Assembly: GCF_006345805.1 (NCBI RefSeq)
Contig: NC_043008.1
Coordinates: 8,556,001 to 8,620,000, forward strand
Length of the DNA stretch: 64,000 bases
Direction of reading: 5' to 3'
DNA from: Octopus sinensis
Taxonomy: Eukaryota
Below, in pieces: positions 10,855 to 24,927 of the stretch. The notes beneath the pieces are model-generated. The model worked only from the letters and a program-made list of their open reading frames with translations. It made no database searches and was not told the origin of the DNA. Every line of letters begins with the position of its first letter. The stretch's first letter is position 1. Position numbers and translations under genes: made by a program.

Positions 10855-11515
10855 ATCATCATCATTATCATCATCATCGTCGTCATCATCATCACCACCA
10901 TCATCACCACCATCTTCTCCTTCTCCTCCTTCTTCTTCTTCTTCTTCTTCATCATCATCATTATCATCATCATCGTCGTCATAATCATCACCACCATCAC
11001 CATCATCGTCATCTTCTCCTTCTCCTTCTCCTTCTCCTTCTTCTTCTTCTTCTTCTTCTACTTCTCCACCCCCTGAGATTATTGTAGAATTTTGTACGTA
11101 CAATTATTGATTGTTTATTCAAGCAGTAACTACTAACTATCTGTATAATTCCAGCTTATACCATATGTATTGAGATTATTGTCGAATTATTTATGAAACC
11201 ACGGGACTGTGTGCGTGTGTCCGACCTAACTATCAGCATATATGGCAGACAGTATACTACTAGATACATACGTACCTTGAAAAGATACATAGCCGTATAT
11301 ACGTACGAATATATAGCTATGAGTGCGTGGAAGAGTAAATATCTAGATATATATGAGGACGCGAGGTTATACACCATGAATATAGCTGCTTGCACGTGAC
11401 TTGTATATGTAAATAAATATATATGCACAGAAATAAATGCATATGTGGGTGTGCGTGAGGATGTAGAAAAAACGCGTATGTACATATAAATATATGTACA
11501 TGTATGCGTATATGT

Positions 11516-11886
11516 GGAAGCACTCCGTCGGTAACGACGATGAGGGTTCCGGTTGATCCGATCAACGGAACAGCCTGCTCGCGAAATTAACGTGTGAGTG
11601 GCTGAGCACTCCACAGACACGTGTACCCTTAACGCAGTTCTCGGGGATATTCAGCATGACACAGAGAGTGACAAGGCCGGCCCTTTGAAATACAGGTACA
11701 ACGGAAACAGGAAGTAAGAGTGAGAGAAAGTTGTGGTGAAAGAGTACAGCAGGGATCACCACCATCACCCTGCCGGAGCCTCGTGGAGCTTTAGGTGTTT
11801 TCGCTCACAACGCCCGGTCTAGGAATCGAAACCGCGATCCTACGACCGCGAGTCCGCTACCCTAACCACTGGGCCATTGCGCCTCC
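11516..11886 (-). mobile_element. Family B SINE, full length, with TSD
   Basis: Matches the 46.9 and 51.5 kb copies. T(A/G)TGCGTATATGT at 11503-11515 and 11887-11899. Confidence 0.9.
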
Positions 11887-11943
11887 TGTGCGTATATGTA
11901 TCTAAGTAAATACTAGTATATGTGAGTGTGTGTGTGCGTGTGA

Positions 11944-12105
11944 AACCACCGTCTTTTGTCGAACAAATCGATCCCAAGTCTTATTCTTTGTAAGTCGAGT
12001 ATTTATTCTATTGGGATGTCTTGTTGAACCGTTAAGCTACAGGGACTTAAACACACCAACATCGGTTGTCAAGTGATGGTGGTGGACAAACACAGATACA
12101 CAAAT
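11944..12105 (-). mobile_element. Family C SINE, 3' half, diverged
   Basis: Similar to 62845-63000 (CTTATTCTTTGTAAG..CACCAACATCGGTTGTCAAG). Confidence 0.75.
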
Positions 12106-12167
12106 ACATACATATATATATATATATATATATGTTTGTGTGTGCGTGTGTGTGTGTGTGTGTGTAG

Positions 12168-12190
12168 AATGTTGAAAACGAACACATGAG

Positions 12191-12227
<37 letters not shown>

Positions 12228-12490
12228 AAAAAAGTCAAGGTAGAAAATGCTAAAATAATTTTTTAAGAAACATTTCAGTACCGGTTTCGGTCATTGAGAC
12301 TTTTTCAACTGTAAGTATGGAAAACAATTAAATTTTTGAAAAATTAAAAGAAAAGTATTTTAAAAGAATATTTGCATAGTATTCAAATACAAGGGGAATT
12401 CTCTTTGTTTCTGCCTGTCTGTGTCTCTCTTGTTTACACTTGTTTACACTTGTTTACACTTGTGTGTTCGAAGTCGTTGGGGATTCTTGG
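12168..12490 (-). mobile_element. Solo PLE pseudo-LTR remnant related to 9061-9330
   Basis: Co-linear similarity by eye, including TAGAAAATGCTAAAATAATTTT and CATTTCAGTACCGGTTTCGGTCA. Confidence 0.8.
12271..12315 (-). ncRNA. Minimal hammerhead ribozyme, U3-A8 variant, second copy
   Basis: CTTACAG-TTGAAAA-AGTC TCAAT GACC-GAAA-CCGG-TA-CTGAAATG. The closing pair of stem II is an A-C mismatch. Confidence 0.6.
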
Positions 12491-12494
12491 CTGA

Positions 12495-12575
12495 AAAGAA
12501 GAAGAAGAAGAAGAAGAAGAAGAAGAGAAGAAGAAGAAGAAGAAGAAGAAGAAGAAGAAGAAGAAGAAGAAGAAG
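12495..12575. repeat. (GAA)n microsatellite
   Basis: Read directly. Confidence 0.95.
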
Positions 12576-13029
12576 AATCCAAGCAGCCAGTGGACCCAAC
12601 TCTCAGACAAATATGGGATACGTCCTCATAAATGAAACATCCCCACTAGTAAATAGGAAATATACGTAGTAGCTAATCATACCCACAGTTTATATTTATA
12701 TACAGGTAGAATAGTTAGTGGGCTGTTATGTGGATATATGTATGTGGTTGTGGGTGTGTGTATGTATATGCATATGCGCACGTATACAGGCAAATGGATA
12801 TGAAAGTAAACATATAGACGTACAGACGGATAGTTACATAGGTAATATGAACAGACAAGCGCACACGCACACACATGCAAATGAAGACTGAAACACGACC
12901 ATATATACACACATAAAAACACACAAAAGAAACATGAATATGCAGAATATATACATACAAACGTACACACGTACATACATACGCACACAAACATACATAC
13001 ACACACATATACATACATACATACATATA

Positions 13030-13063
<34 letters not shown>

Positions 13064-13416
13064 CATACATGCATACACACACTTACATGCATGCATGCAT
13101 ACATATATGTGTATGCGCACATACACTAACCCACACACATGCGCACAAACAATCAAAAAGTATGAAATTCGTATAACGGACAAATCAACCACTACTGAAA
13201 AGGTTGCAAGACGCAACGAAAATTTTAGAAAAGTAAATAAATAAATGAGTGGAAATGTTACCGGTGTGTGTGTTAAATAATAAGGCACTAAAAGAGAATG
13301 ACTCTCCCCAGATACAACAGAATATGTTTTAGCACACGAACTCACATAGAGAATCTTGCAAAGCAAATCCAAAAACGAAATATATATATATATACCAAAA
13401 ACCAAAATGATATATG

Positions 13417-13455
<39 letters not shown>

Positions 13456-13464
13456 ATATATATA

Positions 13465-13581
13465 CATGACGGGCTCTGGTCGACCCGAGGCTGTAGTAGA
13501 AGTCACTGCCCACGGTGCCAGTAATGGAACGGAACCCAGAACCCTGTGATTGGGAAGCAATTTCTTACCACACAAACACTC
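13465..13581 (-). mobile_element. Family C SINE head fragment
   Basis: Similar to 63085-63197 (CCCGAGGCT.TAGTAGAAG..CTTACCACACA..CACTCCT). Confidence 0.7.
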
Positions 13582-14834
13582 CTGCACATATATGTCTACG
13601 TATGTGTACAAATACTTGTATGCGTTGGTGTGCGCGTTCCAAACCCCTAATGAATACATCGGCCCCGTCATCTGTAACTGGCTGCACAGCAGGGAGGCAG
13701 CCATCACCTCTCTGTCTGTCTCTAATATGAACATTTTGGTTATTTAATCAGTGACATCTCCTTAACGGCGTGAGCGGATAGATTATGTGTGCATGTATAT
13801 ATATGTGTTAACATATATATGCTTATTCTTCTTCATTTCATCTTTTAATTGAAATCCGTTGTCATGTTTTATTCTCTATCTCTCATTACTTTACTTTATG
13901 TTACGTATTCATTGAGAAATAAAGCTAGACCTCTCAACCGGATATAACCCGGAAATGTTTCCCATCCTCTGTCAGTATTGCCAACATCCTACGAGCGATC
14001 CAACTCAGTATATGTAGCGAAGTATCTTATTTAAAACGAGACACCTGACGAAATGCAGGTAGCACTAATGGACGCAACACAACTAGTTGAACAATATCCC
14101 GCCCGTAATGAACATATACAGAATGGGTAGAATCGATCGTTGTGTTGAATAAAGATTCTTGCTAACTTCATTTTCCATTTCCTCATTCATTATAAACCTA
14201 ACGAACACTGCGGAATTCCCGATATAGGGCTACTGACAATTATATCATAACTGTGTGACACCAGGTAGCCTAAATAGTATAAGTGCTTTGGTCGGCACCC
14301 ATCTATACTTATATCCAAACTTCAAATAATTACTTATTTACATACATATGTATGTGTCTGTTTCTGTGTGTGTGTGAGAGAGAGTGTGCGTTGGTGTGTG
14401 TGTGTGTTTGTGCGTGTGTCTGTGTTGGTGTGTGCGTACGTGCAAGCGTGCGTATGCATTTGATCGGAATATATAATCTTGAAATAGTAGTAATTATTTT
14501 AAATATGAAAATGATATTTAGATACAAAAACTGAATAGAACAGTTCAAAGAATTTAAGAAAGTTTTGCTTTACCTTCATTTAAGATATTTTTCACATATA
14601 AACTTTAATTATTGTCTTGTAAAATATACAAAATAAGTTGTTCTGAAAAGTATTATTTACTTTCCGCACACACGCGCACGCAGACACATACATACACACA
14701 CATACATACATACACACATACATACATACATACAATCAAATATAGAGACAGATAGACATCGTATATACAGATAGATAGACACAGACAACACACACACATA
14801 TATATATATGTATATACATACATATATATACACA

Positions 14835-14880
<46 letters not shown>

Positions 14881-14903
14881 CATACATATATATATATACA
14901 TAC

Positions 14904-14955
<52 letters not shown>

Positions 14956-16149
14956 TTATGTGTGTGTATACGTATATGTATATTAAGTGTTGTTTGCTAT
15001 TTTTCTTCAATTCTTCTTCTCTCTTGAGATATTTTACAAGAGAGTGTGATAAATATCTAGTTTGTAATACATATCGAAATAAGAAATGAGAAGAAAAAAA
15101 AATCTACCAGAGTTAAAATCTTATTGATTTTATTTTGCTTAAGAAATTTTTCGCTTATATAATTTTTTTATTAAATATCTTAGCATTTTTATTTTTATAC
15201 GTATATAACATATATCATATTAAATTTCGAAGAAAAAAACAGTATCTATTTTCATATATCGTAACAAGTTTGTCATTGTCTTACTCTTATTTTTACAACT
15301 CACGTCAAATTTAATTTACTTAAACATAAAATATAGCAAACGATTAGGATTTTTACATCGGAGTTTAACGGCGGTCTTATGGAAGATATGTTGCAAATAG
15401 TCTAACTCTATACAAAGAAATAATGAAGCACTTGACCCAATAGTTTACTTTCATATACCATATTTATCGCTCCACTGATGTCTCATATAATGTATGAATG
15501 GGAAAACGTAAATTTCAATATATGGAGTCAGACGTCATTTGTGTGTCAGCTCCCGCAAGCGGTTTAATGATGTTCATTAAATGATGTTCATAGACAGTCT
15601 GAAAACCTCTAGGTACACACTTCACTTTAGAAAATTGTTCTTTTAATCATCTCCTTCGTCTCCTACTCATCCTTATCTCTTCCCTCCTCTTTCTCTCTCC
15701 TCTTTCTCTCTCATTCTCTTTCTTATTTTATAATTGCGGCGAGAAATGGACCTGTCGTACAAAACTAATTCTATTCGTGTACTTATTTATGTTCTTCTGT
15801 TTTGATCTATGGCACCGTCAACAGCTAATGAATCGTAATAATCCAGTTTATTCGCTCATGAAGTCCTCCTAAATCTGTACGTCCCTCCATCACAAGAACC
15901 TCGATTATGATCCGTGTGGAATTTGACTCATTATTTTTTCACGTGACAAGTAATCTCAGGAAGACACCTTTGTTTTTATATGTGTATGCATGTGTGTGTG
16001 TGTGTGTGTGAAAGTATACAATATCACTGATCTGTTACAGCCGTTATTACCAATCGGTTTCGAACTGGATATTGAGCAATCGAACTACTGTCTGATATAT
16101 TCGTACTTCGAAGATACCAGGTTTTGAAAATTGGCGACTGCCTTCTGCC

Positions 16150-16900
16150 TCTGCTAATGTTATCTATCAGGTTTTAAACGCTATGGAGAATGACAGAACA
16201 ATCTGAGCATGTAGGGAAGTTTTTCAATGGACTTATGGTATAGTTTATAAGAGTGACAGATTAGTTTATAACTTTTGACAGATTAGTAGGGACAGTAATT
16301 TTGAAGTATAATTAACTAAAGGTATCGATGACGTTTTCCTAAATTTATCAAGAATGTGACTATCAAGGCCATGGGAAATTTGCAATCCATTCGATTTATC
16401 ATAATTGTTTGATGTATTGACAAGATCGGAGAAAAGTGCTGATATCTGCATTCTTGTAGGTCTCTTTATGTTTAGTATATTGAGATCCAATAACCCATCT
16501 GACGATGTAGGACTCTACCGAGACGATGCATCAATGTTTCTCGTGGCCGTGATTATCACACTCTTCGTAAATTTGAGAGAAATCTCTTCACTAGCTTTAG
16601 TCAATTATGCTTCAAAATCGCTATCAAAATAAATCTTTCATCAGTTGATTTGTTAGATGTTTACCCAGATTTAAACTTCCACACTTAGAAACCGTAAAGT
16701 ATAATGAAAAAGAAAAGGCTTCGGAGGGGCGATGCATATCCTGGGCATGGGATCAACAAAATCCATTATGCGTAGCTGAAACATCCTTTATAGATCGAAG
16801 AACTCCATCGCAGTGATGAATCTCAGATCAGAAATTTTCGGCAAATGCAAACAAATGGACAAGTTTCTTTTAGCGAATTGGAGAACACCACCCTCTCCGG
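16150..16900 (+). mobile_element. Naiad-type PLE remnant, internally deleted (RT core plus endonuclease C-terminus)
   Basis: ADICILVGLFMFSIL..DVGLYRDD (16510-16527), ..SVDLLDV, then LCVAET..MNLRSEIFGKC..KFLLAN (16766-16881). Clade assigned from recalled motifs. Confidence 0.72.
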
Positions 16901-17880
16901 ATTGAGGAGCTGTATGGCAGACCTTAGGCGCCTTCCGTTGATTCTAAAACATCTAGCTTTACGACTCTACGGTAAAAAGGTACATAACTGTAAGTCTTTA
17001 TTTTTGTTTTTTTGCCCTTCCATATTTTGAACTCATCTTCGTCGCGGTTTTTTGTCTCTTGTGATATCTCTTCTTCTATTGTCCTGATGGGTAACTTGTA
17101 TAGGTCATCTACTCAGAGCTTGAAGATTACTTAGAGACACTAGGCGTGTTTTAAAATTTGTCTAGATGATATCTTCGATGTATGAAATCACTAGTAGCTA
17201 ATCACTATATTTTGTGTACACTTAATAATATCTATCTCTCAGCAGATAGAATACATTCTTGTTGGTCTTACCTTAACGGAAAAATAAACTGTATAGATAT
17301 GTGTGTGTGTCTTTGTATGTATGTATATTTATGTATGTATATAAGTGTGTGTATATATTTATGCATATGTATGTAAGGAGGTGTGTATGATAGTTGTGTA
17401 AAACTGTGTATATATCGGGTAATTTGTTTTGTTATCTATAAATGGAGGGAAGAGGTGGTGGACAACAGCAGGTTCGATAATATAAGCATTAGTGCCTTTA
17501 GCTTTGTGTTCTCCTTCTCTATTATATTAGTGCTTTAGATTAATTAGATATTGATTTAGATCAATAAAATATTAGTGGCAGACAAATTCCTCAGTTATTG
17601 AACACATCTACTACAAAATTAATTATTTTCTTTTTGTAGTCAATAGAATAAAAGATTTCAATCGTTAACCCTTGGGATATACTCGGAAGCATAATTCCGT
17701 ATCTCATTATAAACAGTTCATCTATCTACGACGAAAGACGTTAATGCAACTAATTACAATACACACTGTAGTTTCTTGTATTCTCATTAATTCTTAGTTC
17801 CTCGCACTATTCATTCCTTCAGCTTCACTAATTTTAAATGACTGACATTTTATCTAGTCCCACAATACAATATATATATG

Positions 17881-17920
<40 letters not shown>

Positions 17921-17969
17921 TGTATACATGTACATATATATATGTGTTTATGGTGTATGTATGTATATA

Positions 17970-18027
<58 letters not shown>

Positions 18028-18904
18028 TACATATATGGGAATCTGTGGGTGTGTCTGTTTGTGGCATTGTTATCTAACTCCCCATATATCGATTTATCGA
18101 TTTTGGTGAACGGTGGCACGTGAGTATCATTCATGTCTGGAAAACTAGTGACATACTTAGATTGTTGAAAAAATCGATAATAGGGCCTCTGGAAGTGATT
18201 CTTATATCTACGACATATAACTAATGTATTATTTTTAAACATCCAAGGGAAATAACCCATTCACTCCTGAAAGGGATCGTTATATATAGCCAGGGAAAAT
18301 AACTCATTCATGTTCTTAAATTATTTCGTATAAATCAAATTGAGTATGCTTTCTTAGTATTTAAAATATCTGAGCTATTTTCGCAATTTATCCAGTACAA
18401 CGCTCAAACAAGTAAATAGCATTTTTCTGAAGAATAGACCAACACTAGCGCCGCTGAGGGTAATATTCTCTGCAAACGCACAAAAAACTTTTTGCAGTGT
18501 TATTTACTTTGAATTGTTATTATCTCATATCTGATTAGCCTGTTATTACGTAACATTCTTCACGATTACAGTATACATAACTAGTTAGTTTTCTTTCTAA
18601 GTTCTAAACACTCTGGGAACGTATTAAAGCCCATTTTGTGGTACTTTATTTCAATTCATAATATCGGGTAATTGATTTCATGTTATTAAATACGTGACTT
18701 CACAATTTGGGCATTCAAAACTTATTGGAAATTACTAAAAACAAATCCTGTGTAAGAGAGTCCGGTATTCTCAAAAATCTACAAAAACCGTTTTAATGGC
18801 TATATACTTTGCATCGCTTTTACTGGATTAGCGAAATATATGTTCCTGTTTTGGTAATTATACCACTCCTAAACAAAATGACATTAGTTTTTTACTCACC
18901 CTCG

Positions 18905-18954
<50 letters not shown>

Positions 18955-19062
18955 CGCAGACAGACAGACAGACAGACAGACAGATAGATAGATAGATATA
19001 GATAGATAGATAATAGATAGATAGATATAGATAGATATAGATAGATAGACAGACAGACAGAC

Positions 19063-19108
<46 letters not shown>

Positions 19109-19114
19109 GATAGA

Positions 19115-19152
<38 letters not shown>

Positions 19153-19179
19153 CGCAGACAGACAGACAGACAGACAGAC

Positions 19180-19234
<55 letters not shown>

Positions 19235-19251
19235 CAAACAGACAGACAGAC

Positions 19252-19315
<64 letters not shown>

Positions 19316-19316
19316 T

Positions 19317-19383
<67 letters not shown>

Positions 19384-19390
19384 TGACAGG
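18905..19390. repeat. (GATA)n/(GACA)n tetranucleotide array
   Basis: Read directly. The block containing GACACGCAGACA occurs twice. Confidence 0.97.
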
Positions 19391-20235
19391 TAGATAAATA
19401 GAAATATGGGGTTGGAAAGCTATTTTTTTCGCACTTCTGATTCTTTAAACGAGCAAAAATAATTCTTATTATTCAAATTGCTTACGATTGATTACGATTA
19501 TTTCTGGGAAAATTGGTGTTTTTTGTGTGCGATTGATTAGGATGAAAAGAGTTTGTTAAGTAAAATATTTTGTGCGCGAAGAATGAATGTAAATGAGTTT
19601 CAGAACATTTCAATAGGGAATATAGTGAGATACCTTCTTTTTTTCATAAAATTTATGATCAATTTGATTCTAAGTATTGCAATGGGGGCAGATACGGCAA
19701 AACATTTTTTAATATATTGTTATACTTGACTTCCCTATATTGTAGATGAATTGTTCAAGATTTCATGGAATGTTTAGAACTAACGTCTAGTTCAGAAATT
19801 TTTCTTTTCTGTATACATCTATATTTCCGGCTGAGGAAACATATCACTTTGCCTTATATTTGGCTGGTTTGAGAGTCTTTATGTGAAATCATGTTTTGAA
19901 ACAGGTTTTGTTGTATTTTGGTGTATTAAACGCATGCACGGTTTCTATTTCACTTTTGACGTCATTTTGAGTCAATTATATAAACATTTCACTAATTAAT
20001 TAACCGGTTGTTTGATTAATCGTTAGGTCAGTCAGTCAATTGCCTCGGTTCGTTAGGGACCATTCGTCGCATTCACAATCTTAACGATAAGGTGACCTTT
20101 CCATTCCAAATCTGTGTAATACATTGACCAAGCCATTAATCAAACAATTGATTAATTGATTAGTAAAATTGTTAACTAGTTGATCAATAAACGTGTCAAC
20201 TCTATGCGCAAGGACTAAAATTTTGTGAGGGGCCA

Positions 20236-20399
20236 ATCGATTACTCTGATCCCAGTGCTTCACTGATACTAATTATGTCGACTCCTAAGGGATAAAATGA
20301 AAAGTCGACATCGGCAGAATTTGAACTCACAACGTAAAGATAGATGAATTTCCGTTAAGTACTTTGCCCGACGTGCTAACAGTTCGACCCGCTCCCCGC
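20236..20399 (-). mobile_element. Old family A-related SINE
   Basis: AAAGTCGACATCGGCAGAATTTGAACTCACAACGTAA..CGTGCTAAC. Confidence 0.7.
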
Positions 20400-20455
20400 C
20401 TAAACTAGTTGGGTTGATAACTTCAAATTTTAGCACTAAGCCGGATATTTTATGG

Positions 20456-20617
20456 GAAGGATTAAGTCAATTACATTCATCCCTGTGTTTAAATGGTACT
20501 TTTATTATCGACCTCGAAAGGATGAGAATTAGAGTCGATCACAACAGAGTTTGAACTCAGAGAGTAGAGACGAACACGGAATGCTCGCGTACTAACGATA
20601 CGGCCAGCTCACCAGCT
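20456..20617 (-). mobile_element. Old family A-related SINE
   Basis: ATCGACCTCGAAAGGATGA..TTTGAACTCAGA..CCAGCTCACC. Confidence 0.6.
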
Positions 20618-21340
20618 TAGTTAGCTATTAATAATAATATAGAACATGTACACGTGTTTATTATTGGTATAATGACGTCCTCAAGAAATAACAAAAACAT
20701 TTTTTGTTTGAGAATATATTTTCAATACACAATTTAATAGAGATTTTCTTTGCTTATTTGTAAGTTTTTAGTTTTCAACTAAAATTTTAATGGACCTTAA
20801 AGTATGATTTTCATTGAAAAAAGAGAAATAAGCCTATTTTTGTAGATGTAGATATATGATCCTTCAGTGGGAGTTCTCATGTCTAAAATAGATAGACGCG
20901 TTACACTGGATACGTAAACTATAACAAACTATTTTCTGATACAAAAACATTAGTGCATTAATATAGCAATAATTGAAGTAAATAAAATTAAAATAAAGAA
21001 CAAAAATAGGAATATAATTACAGAAATAGTAGCAAAAGTATTTTTCTTTTTAATTTAGTAATTGAATTATAAGAAGAAACATTGATTTCAACAGTAATAT
21101 TTAGAAATGGCTTGGAAAAACCATGGGATTTGCAGCTGTTCCGATATATTCTGAGAGTGTATCTTTCTCCCTCTTTCTCTCTTTGTTATCACTTTATCCA
21201 ACTCTGCTTTACATCTCCCTATTTTTCACATAATATCTCTCCTTCTCCTCTCTTCATCTCCTCATTCTCTTCGAAATATATAAGTGTGTGTATGTATGTA
21301 ATATCGTCTAAGAAGCTGAAAAATGCACACACACACACAT

Positions 21341-21400
<60 letters not shown>

Positions 21401-21908
21401 CGTTTCTCTATAACTAGATACATACAGACATAAATACACAAACACATTCATAGAAACATATTGTATATAAATAAAAATTAGCTACTTTTCTCAAGACTAG
21501 AACTTTAAAGAAATGAAATTGAAACTTTATTTGGAATCTTTAAGATAAAATATAAGTACTTTAACAATCCCATGACTTTGAAAAGTAGAGTAAGTTGGAA
21601 AGCTATAGAGCTAAACAGTATATCAGTATGTAGGTTCTATATATGTATGTATATATAGAGAGAGAGACAGACAGATTTGGTCGGGGAGTTGGATTGCAGG
21701 AACTAAAAAGTGAATGTGTTTTAATGTCTGTCGGATGTAGGGTTCGATATTCCTGTATTTTTGATAATGAAAGTATCCATGATTGGTGGTTGTTCTGTCG
21801 AAAAGCCATAGAAAAATATGTATTGCTTATGCATAGTCGGGGTTTGGGAACGATAATTGGGTCACGAACGTCAGTCCACATAGAGAGTAATTATCCACGT
21901 AATGTTAC

Positions 21909-22465
21909 CGGCGAGCTGACTGAAACGTTAGCAAGTCAGGCGAAATGCTTAGCGCAATTTCGTCTGCCGTTACGTTCTGAGTTCAAATTCCACCAAGGTC
22001 GGCTTTGTCCTTCATCACTTCGGGGTCGATTAAATAGGAGACCTCTTTTGGTCATGAATGAACATGGGATTGCACAAGTCCGGGGCACAAGTCCTAGTAA
22101 GGTTGTTTGTGGCAGGCCAGCAGTCGCCCATGCATACCAGCCCTCCTCTCCACACCGCTGATTTTATCCAAGGGAAAGGCAATAGGGGCTGATACAGCTT
22201 GGCACTAGCGATGTCGCAACACATTTCCACAACTGAGTTAACTGGAGCAACGGGAAATAATGTATCTTACTTAAGAACACAACACGCAGACCGGTCCTGG
22301 AATCGAACTCATAACCTCACGATCGTAAGCTCGAAGGTCTAACCACTCAGCCATGCGCCTTCAATTAAATAAGTACCAGTTATGCACTGAGGTCGATGTA
22401 ATCGACTTAATCTCTTTGTCTTTGTCCCCTCTATGTTTAGACCCCTGTAGGTCATAAAGACAAAT
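21909..22465 (+). mobile_element. Family A SINE interrupted by a nested SINE
   Basis: Head 21909-22036 continues at 22372-22465. Confidence 0.85.
22037..22363 (-). mobile_element. tRNA-derived SINE, family E, nested, with 8-bp TSD
   Basis: Head TGAAGGCGCATGGCTGAGTGGTTAG..GAGTTCGATTCC. ATTAAATA at 22029-22036 and 22364-22371. Confidence 0.85.
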
Positions 22466-23557
22466 ATTACCGGGATATTTACTGAAGCTGATGCCATCCT
22501 CAGATCTAGTTTCTTCATATATTTCAGTCTTCTTAATCAATGACTATATTGGTCAGATAAGTAATAGTCAAAAATTGTATTCCACCAAACTACTCAAGCT
22601 CCAGCACTTATGTTTCAGTTAATATATAAATTAATTGTATCTGCATATGTTTTTATCGTAAAATATTTAAACTCAGTCTCTTTTTAAATAATTTAATTCA
22701 TGCATTTAAACGTAAGGTTTCGAACGAACATTACATAGGACACCTTAAACTGTGATAAAAAAACAGTGGCAATTCATCGTCAGCAAATATAAGGTTTCAA
22801 ATTTATGCAACCTCCTCTTACTAAATGTTTAGACGTATTTGCCAAAAACATACGTACCAAATACAAAGCCTACGACTTTAACGTTGCTCTGACAACAACA
22901 GCCACAAAATATAAATAGAGAAAATGCATTAATCAAAAGTAAAAGTGAATCTACTATAACAACAGAAAACAAGATACAATCACTAAAAAATAAATCACGA
23001 ACCTATTACACTATCGTTCCTCCAAATCTGAAGCGCAAGAGACATTACATACTTAACACAGCACATGCTTATTGCGTATAATCCTTGTTCGGAGCCCCAC
23101 ATGATACATTCACTAGTCCAATATAATCTTAGTGCAGTATAGGGGATCACATAATTTTCATATAAGAACGTCGAGGGGGATTAATTTTCAATCACTTATA
23201 TTGTATGGTTACTAGACGAATGCGAAACACAATCTCTCTGCAAGTAGCGAATATTCAAACCCCTGTCAGACACTCGACTCTTACAACGTAGCTCTTTGTC
23301 TCTATATCTCACGCTACTTTTGAAATCTATGGCATTGTCGAAACGGTAAAGTTAATGCAAATAAATCTTCTTATAAATGTTGCATTTTCAAATATACATC
23401 TTCTCCAGTAAATCGTAATTTAATTCTCAACATATTCAAATACATATACATACATACATACTAACACATATATTTATGTAAAATTGTGTGTGGTAAATAT
23501 ATAGGTCCGCAGCTTTAAAGCTGAAACAATTTAAGAATTCAAAATTTATACATACAC

Positions 23558-23607
<50 letters not shown>

Positions 23608-23701
23608 CATATACACACCACACACACATATATATATGTATATATATATACAAACAAACCACACACACGCACGCACACACGCACACAATATTCACACACA
23701 A

Positions 23702-23733
<32 letters not shown>

Positions 23734-23887
23734 CTATATATATATATTATATATATATATATATGTATATATATAGATGTATATATATATAATATATATA
23801 TGTAGGTCCCGGGTTGATTCGGGGTTAACCACAGTAAATAAGGTACTCAATACATAGCAGAGTAAAATTAATTTATTATATAGAAGG

Positions 23888-23938
23888 AGCTTCTACAGGA
23901 CTAGAACTGTTTCATTCAAGAGAAATCTTCAGGAAGCT
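23888..23938 (-). ncRNA. Type I hammerhead ribozyme (GUA family, copy 1)
   Basis: AGCTTC-CTGAAGA-T TTC TCTT GAA T-GAAA-CAG TTCTAGTC CTG-TA-GAAGCT. Predicted cleavage at 23894/23893. Confidence 0.8.
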
Positions 23939-24883
23939 AGTTAACAAGAATTGTATTGGCATTTATACATTTAGGCAGGTTTAAGGGGTGGTGGTGCGGA
24001 ATTTTCGGGTGTAGGCATAGCGCAAAATATCATACTTGGGGGAGTGGTCAAGGAGTCAGTGGTAAATTAGATAGAAGAATAAATAAAAATTATATATATA
24101 AAAAATAGAGTTTTAGGTAAATAAGGAGATTCTCACTTATACCTATACACATATGTATAAATATTACACACACATACATACATATACATACACACATACA
24201 TACACACACACACATATACATATATATACACATACACATACATATACATATCTACACATACACATATATATATATACATACACTCACTCACATGCATACA
24301 CGTATACACACATGTATATATACACACACGACCACACATACATATACACACAGAAAAATATATATACATACACACATTCACACATGCACACACAGCACAC
24401 TAGTCCCTATATACACATATATACACATACACACATATATATACATACACATACATATGCATATATATATATATACATATGTGTACCTATACATACCTAC
24501 ACATACACACATATATATACATACAAATACAGACCCATTCCCTAATTTTAACTTTATTATCTTCATTTATTACTTTTGTTATCTTTGACCGCTGGTCCCA
24601 AGGATCTTGGCTATGACAGCAAGTCCATTTATCTGTCTACTTGAAAACAACACTCATTCACGCACGCACACTCATTAGCACGTACACTCACTCATTCGTA
24701 CACTCATACACATACACGCACGCACGCGTTATATTCATACATACATACATCTACATACATTCACGTATATACTCATACGTACGCGTACCTACAGATTCAT
24801 GTCTACACTCTTAGAAGGCTAGTCTATACATATACACCAATAATATATATATACACACATACATATACACCTACATACAAACA

Positions 24884-24927
<44 letters not shown>

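Larger units (their letters stand above)
9061..11074 (-). mobile_element. Penelope-type PLE, 5'-truncated, with pseudo-LTR and inverted partial pseudo-LTR
   Basis: RT thumb MNIPFNLAKRICTIVSN..RNYPPSLI, linker CGRPNCGIC, and GIY-YIG NLIYSLTC../QEQYIGQT..KENLFITKYKPLLN split by frameshifts (10778-9928). 3' UTR 9927-9061. 9530-9835 is repeated inverted at 10779-11074. Confidence 0.92.

Noticed and set aside
9586-11103. Poly-K/M/S/H/E ORFs
   Set aside because: Produced by the trinucleotide arrays in the pseudo-LTR arms.
14040-14095. CTGACGA followed by hairpin TGC-AGGTA-GCA and palindrome CAACTAGTTG
   Set aside because: No GAAA in register and no stem I partner, so it cannot be folded as a hammerhead.
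17083-17150. CTGATGG..GAGAC motif after the 16-kb PLE
   Set aside because: Both core halves deviate and no stem I complement follows.
18905-19390. CRISPR-like or coding repeat array
   Set aside because: Simple GATA/GACA microsatellite with no unique spacers, in a eukaryotic context.
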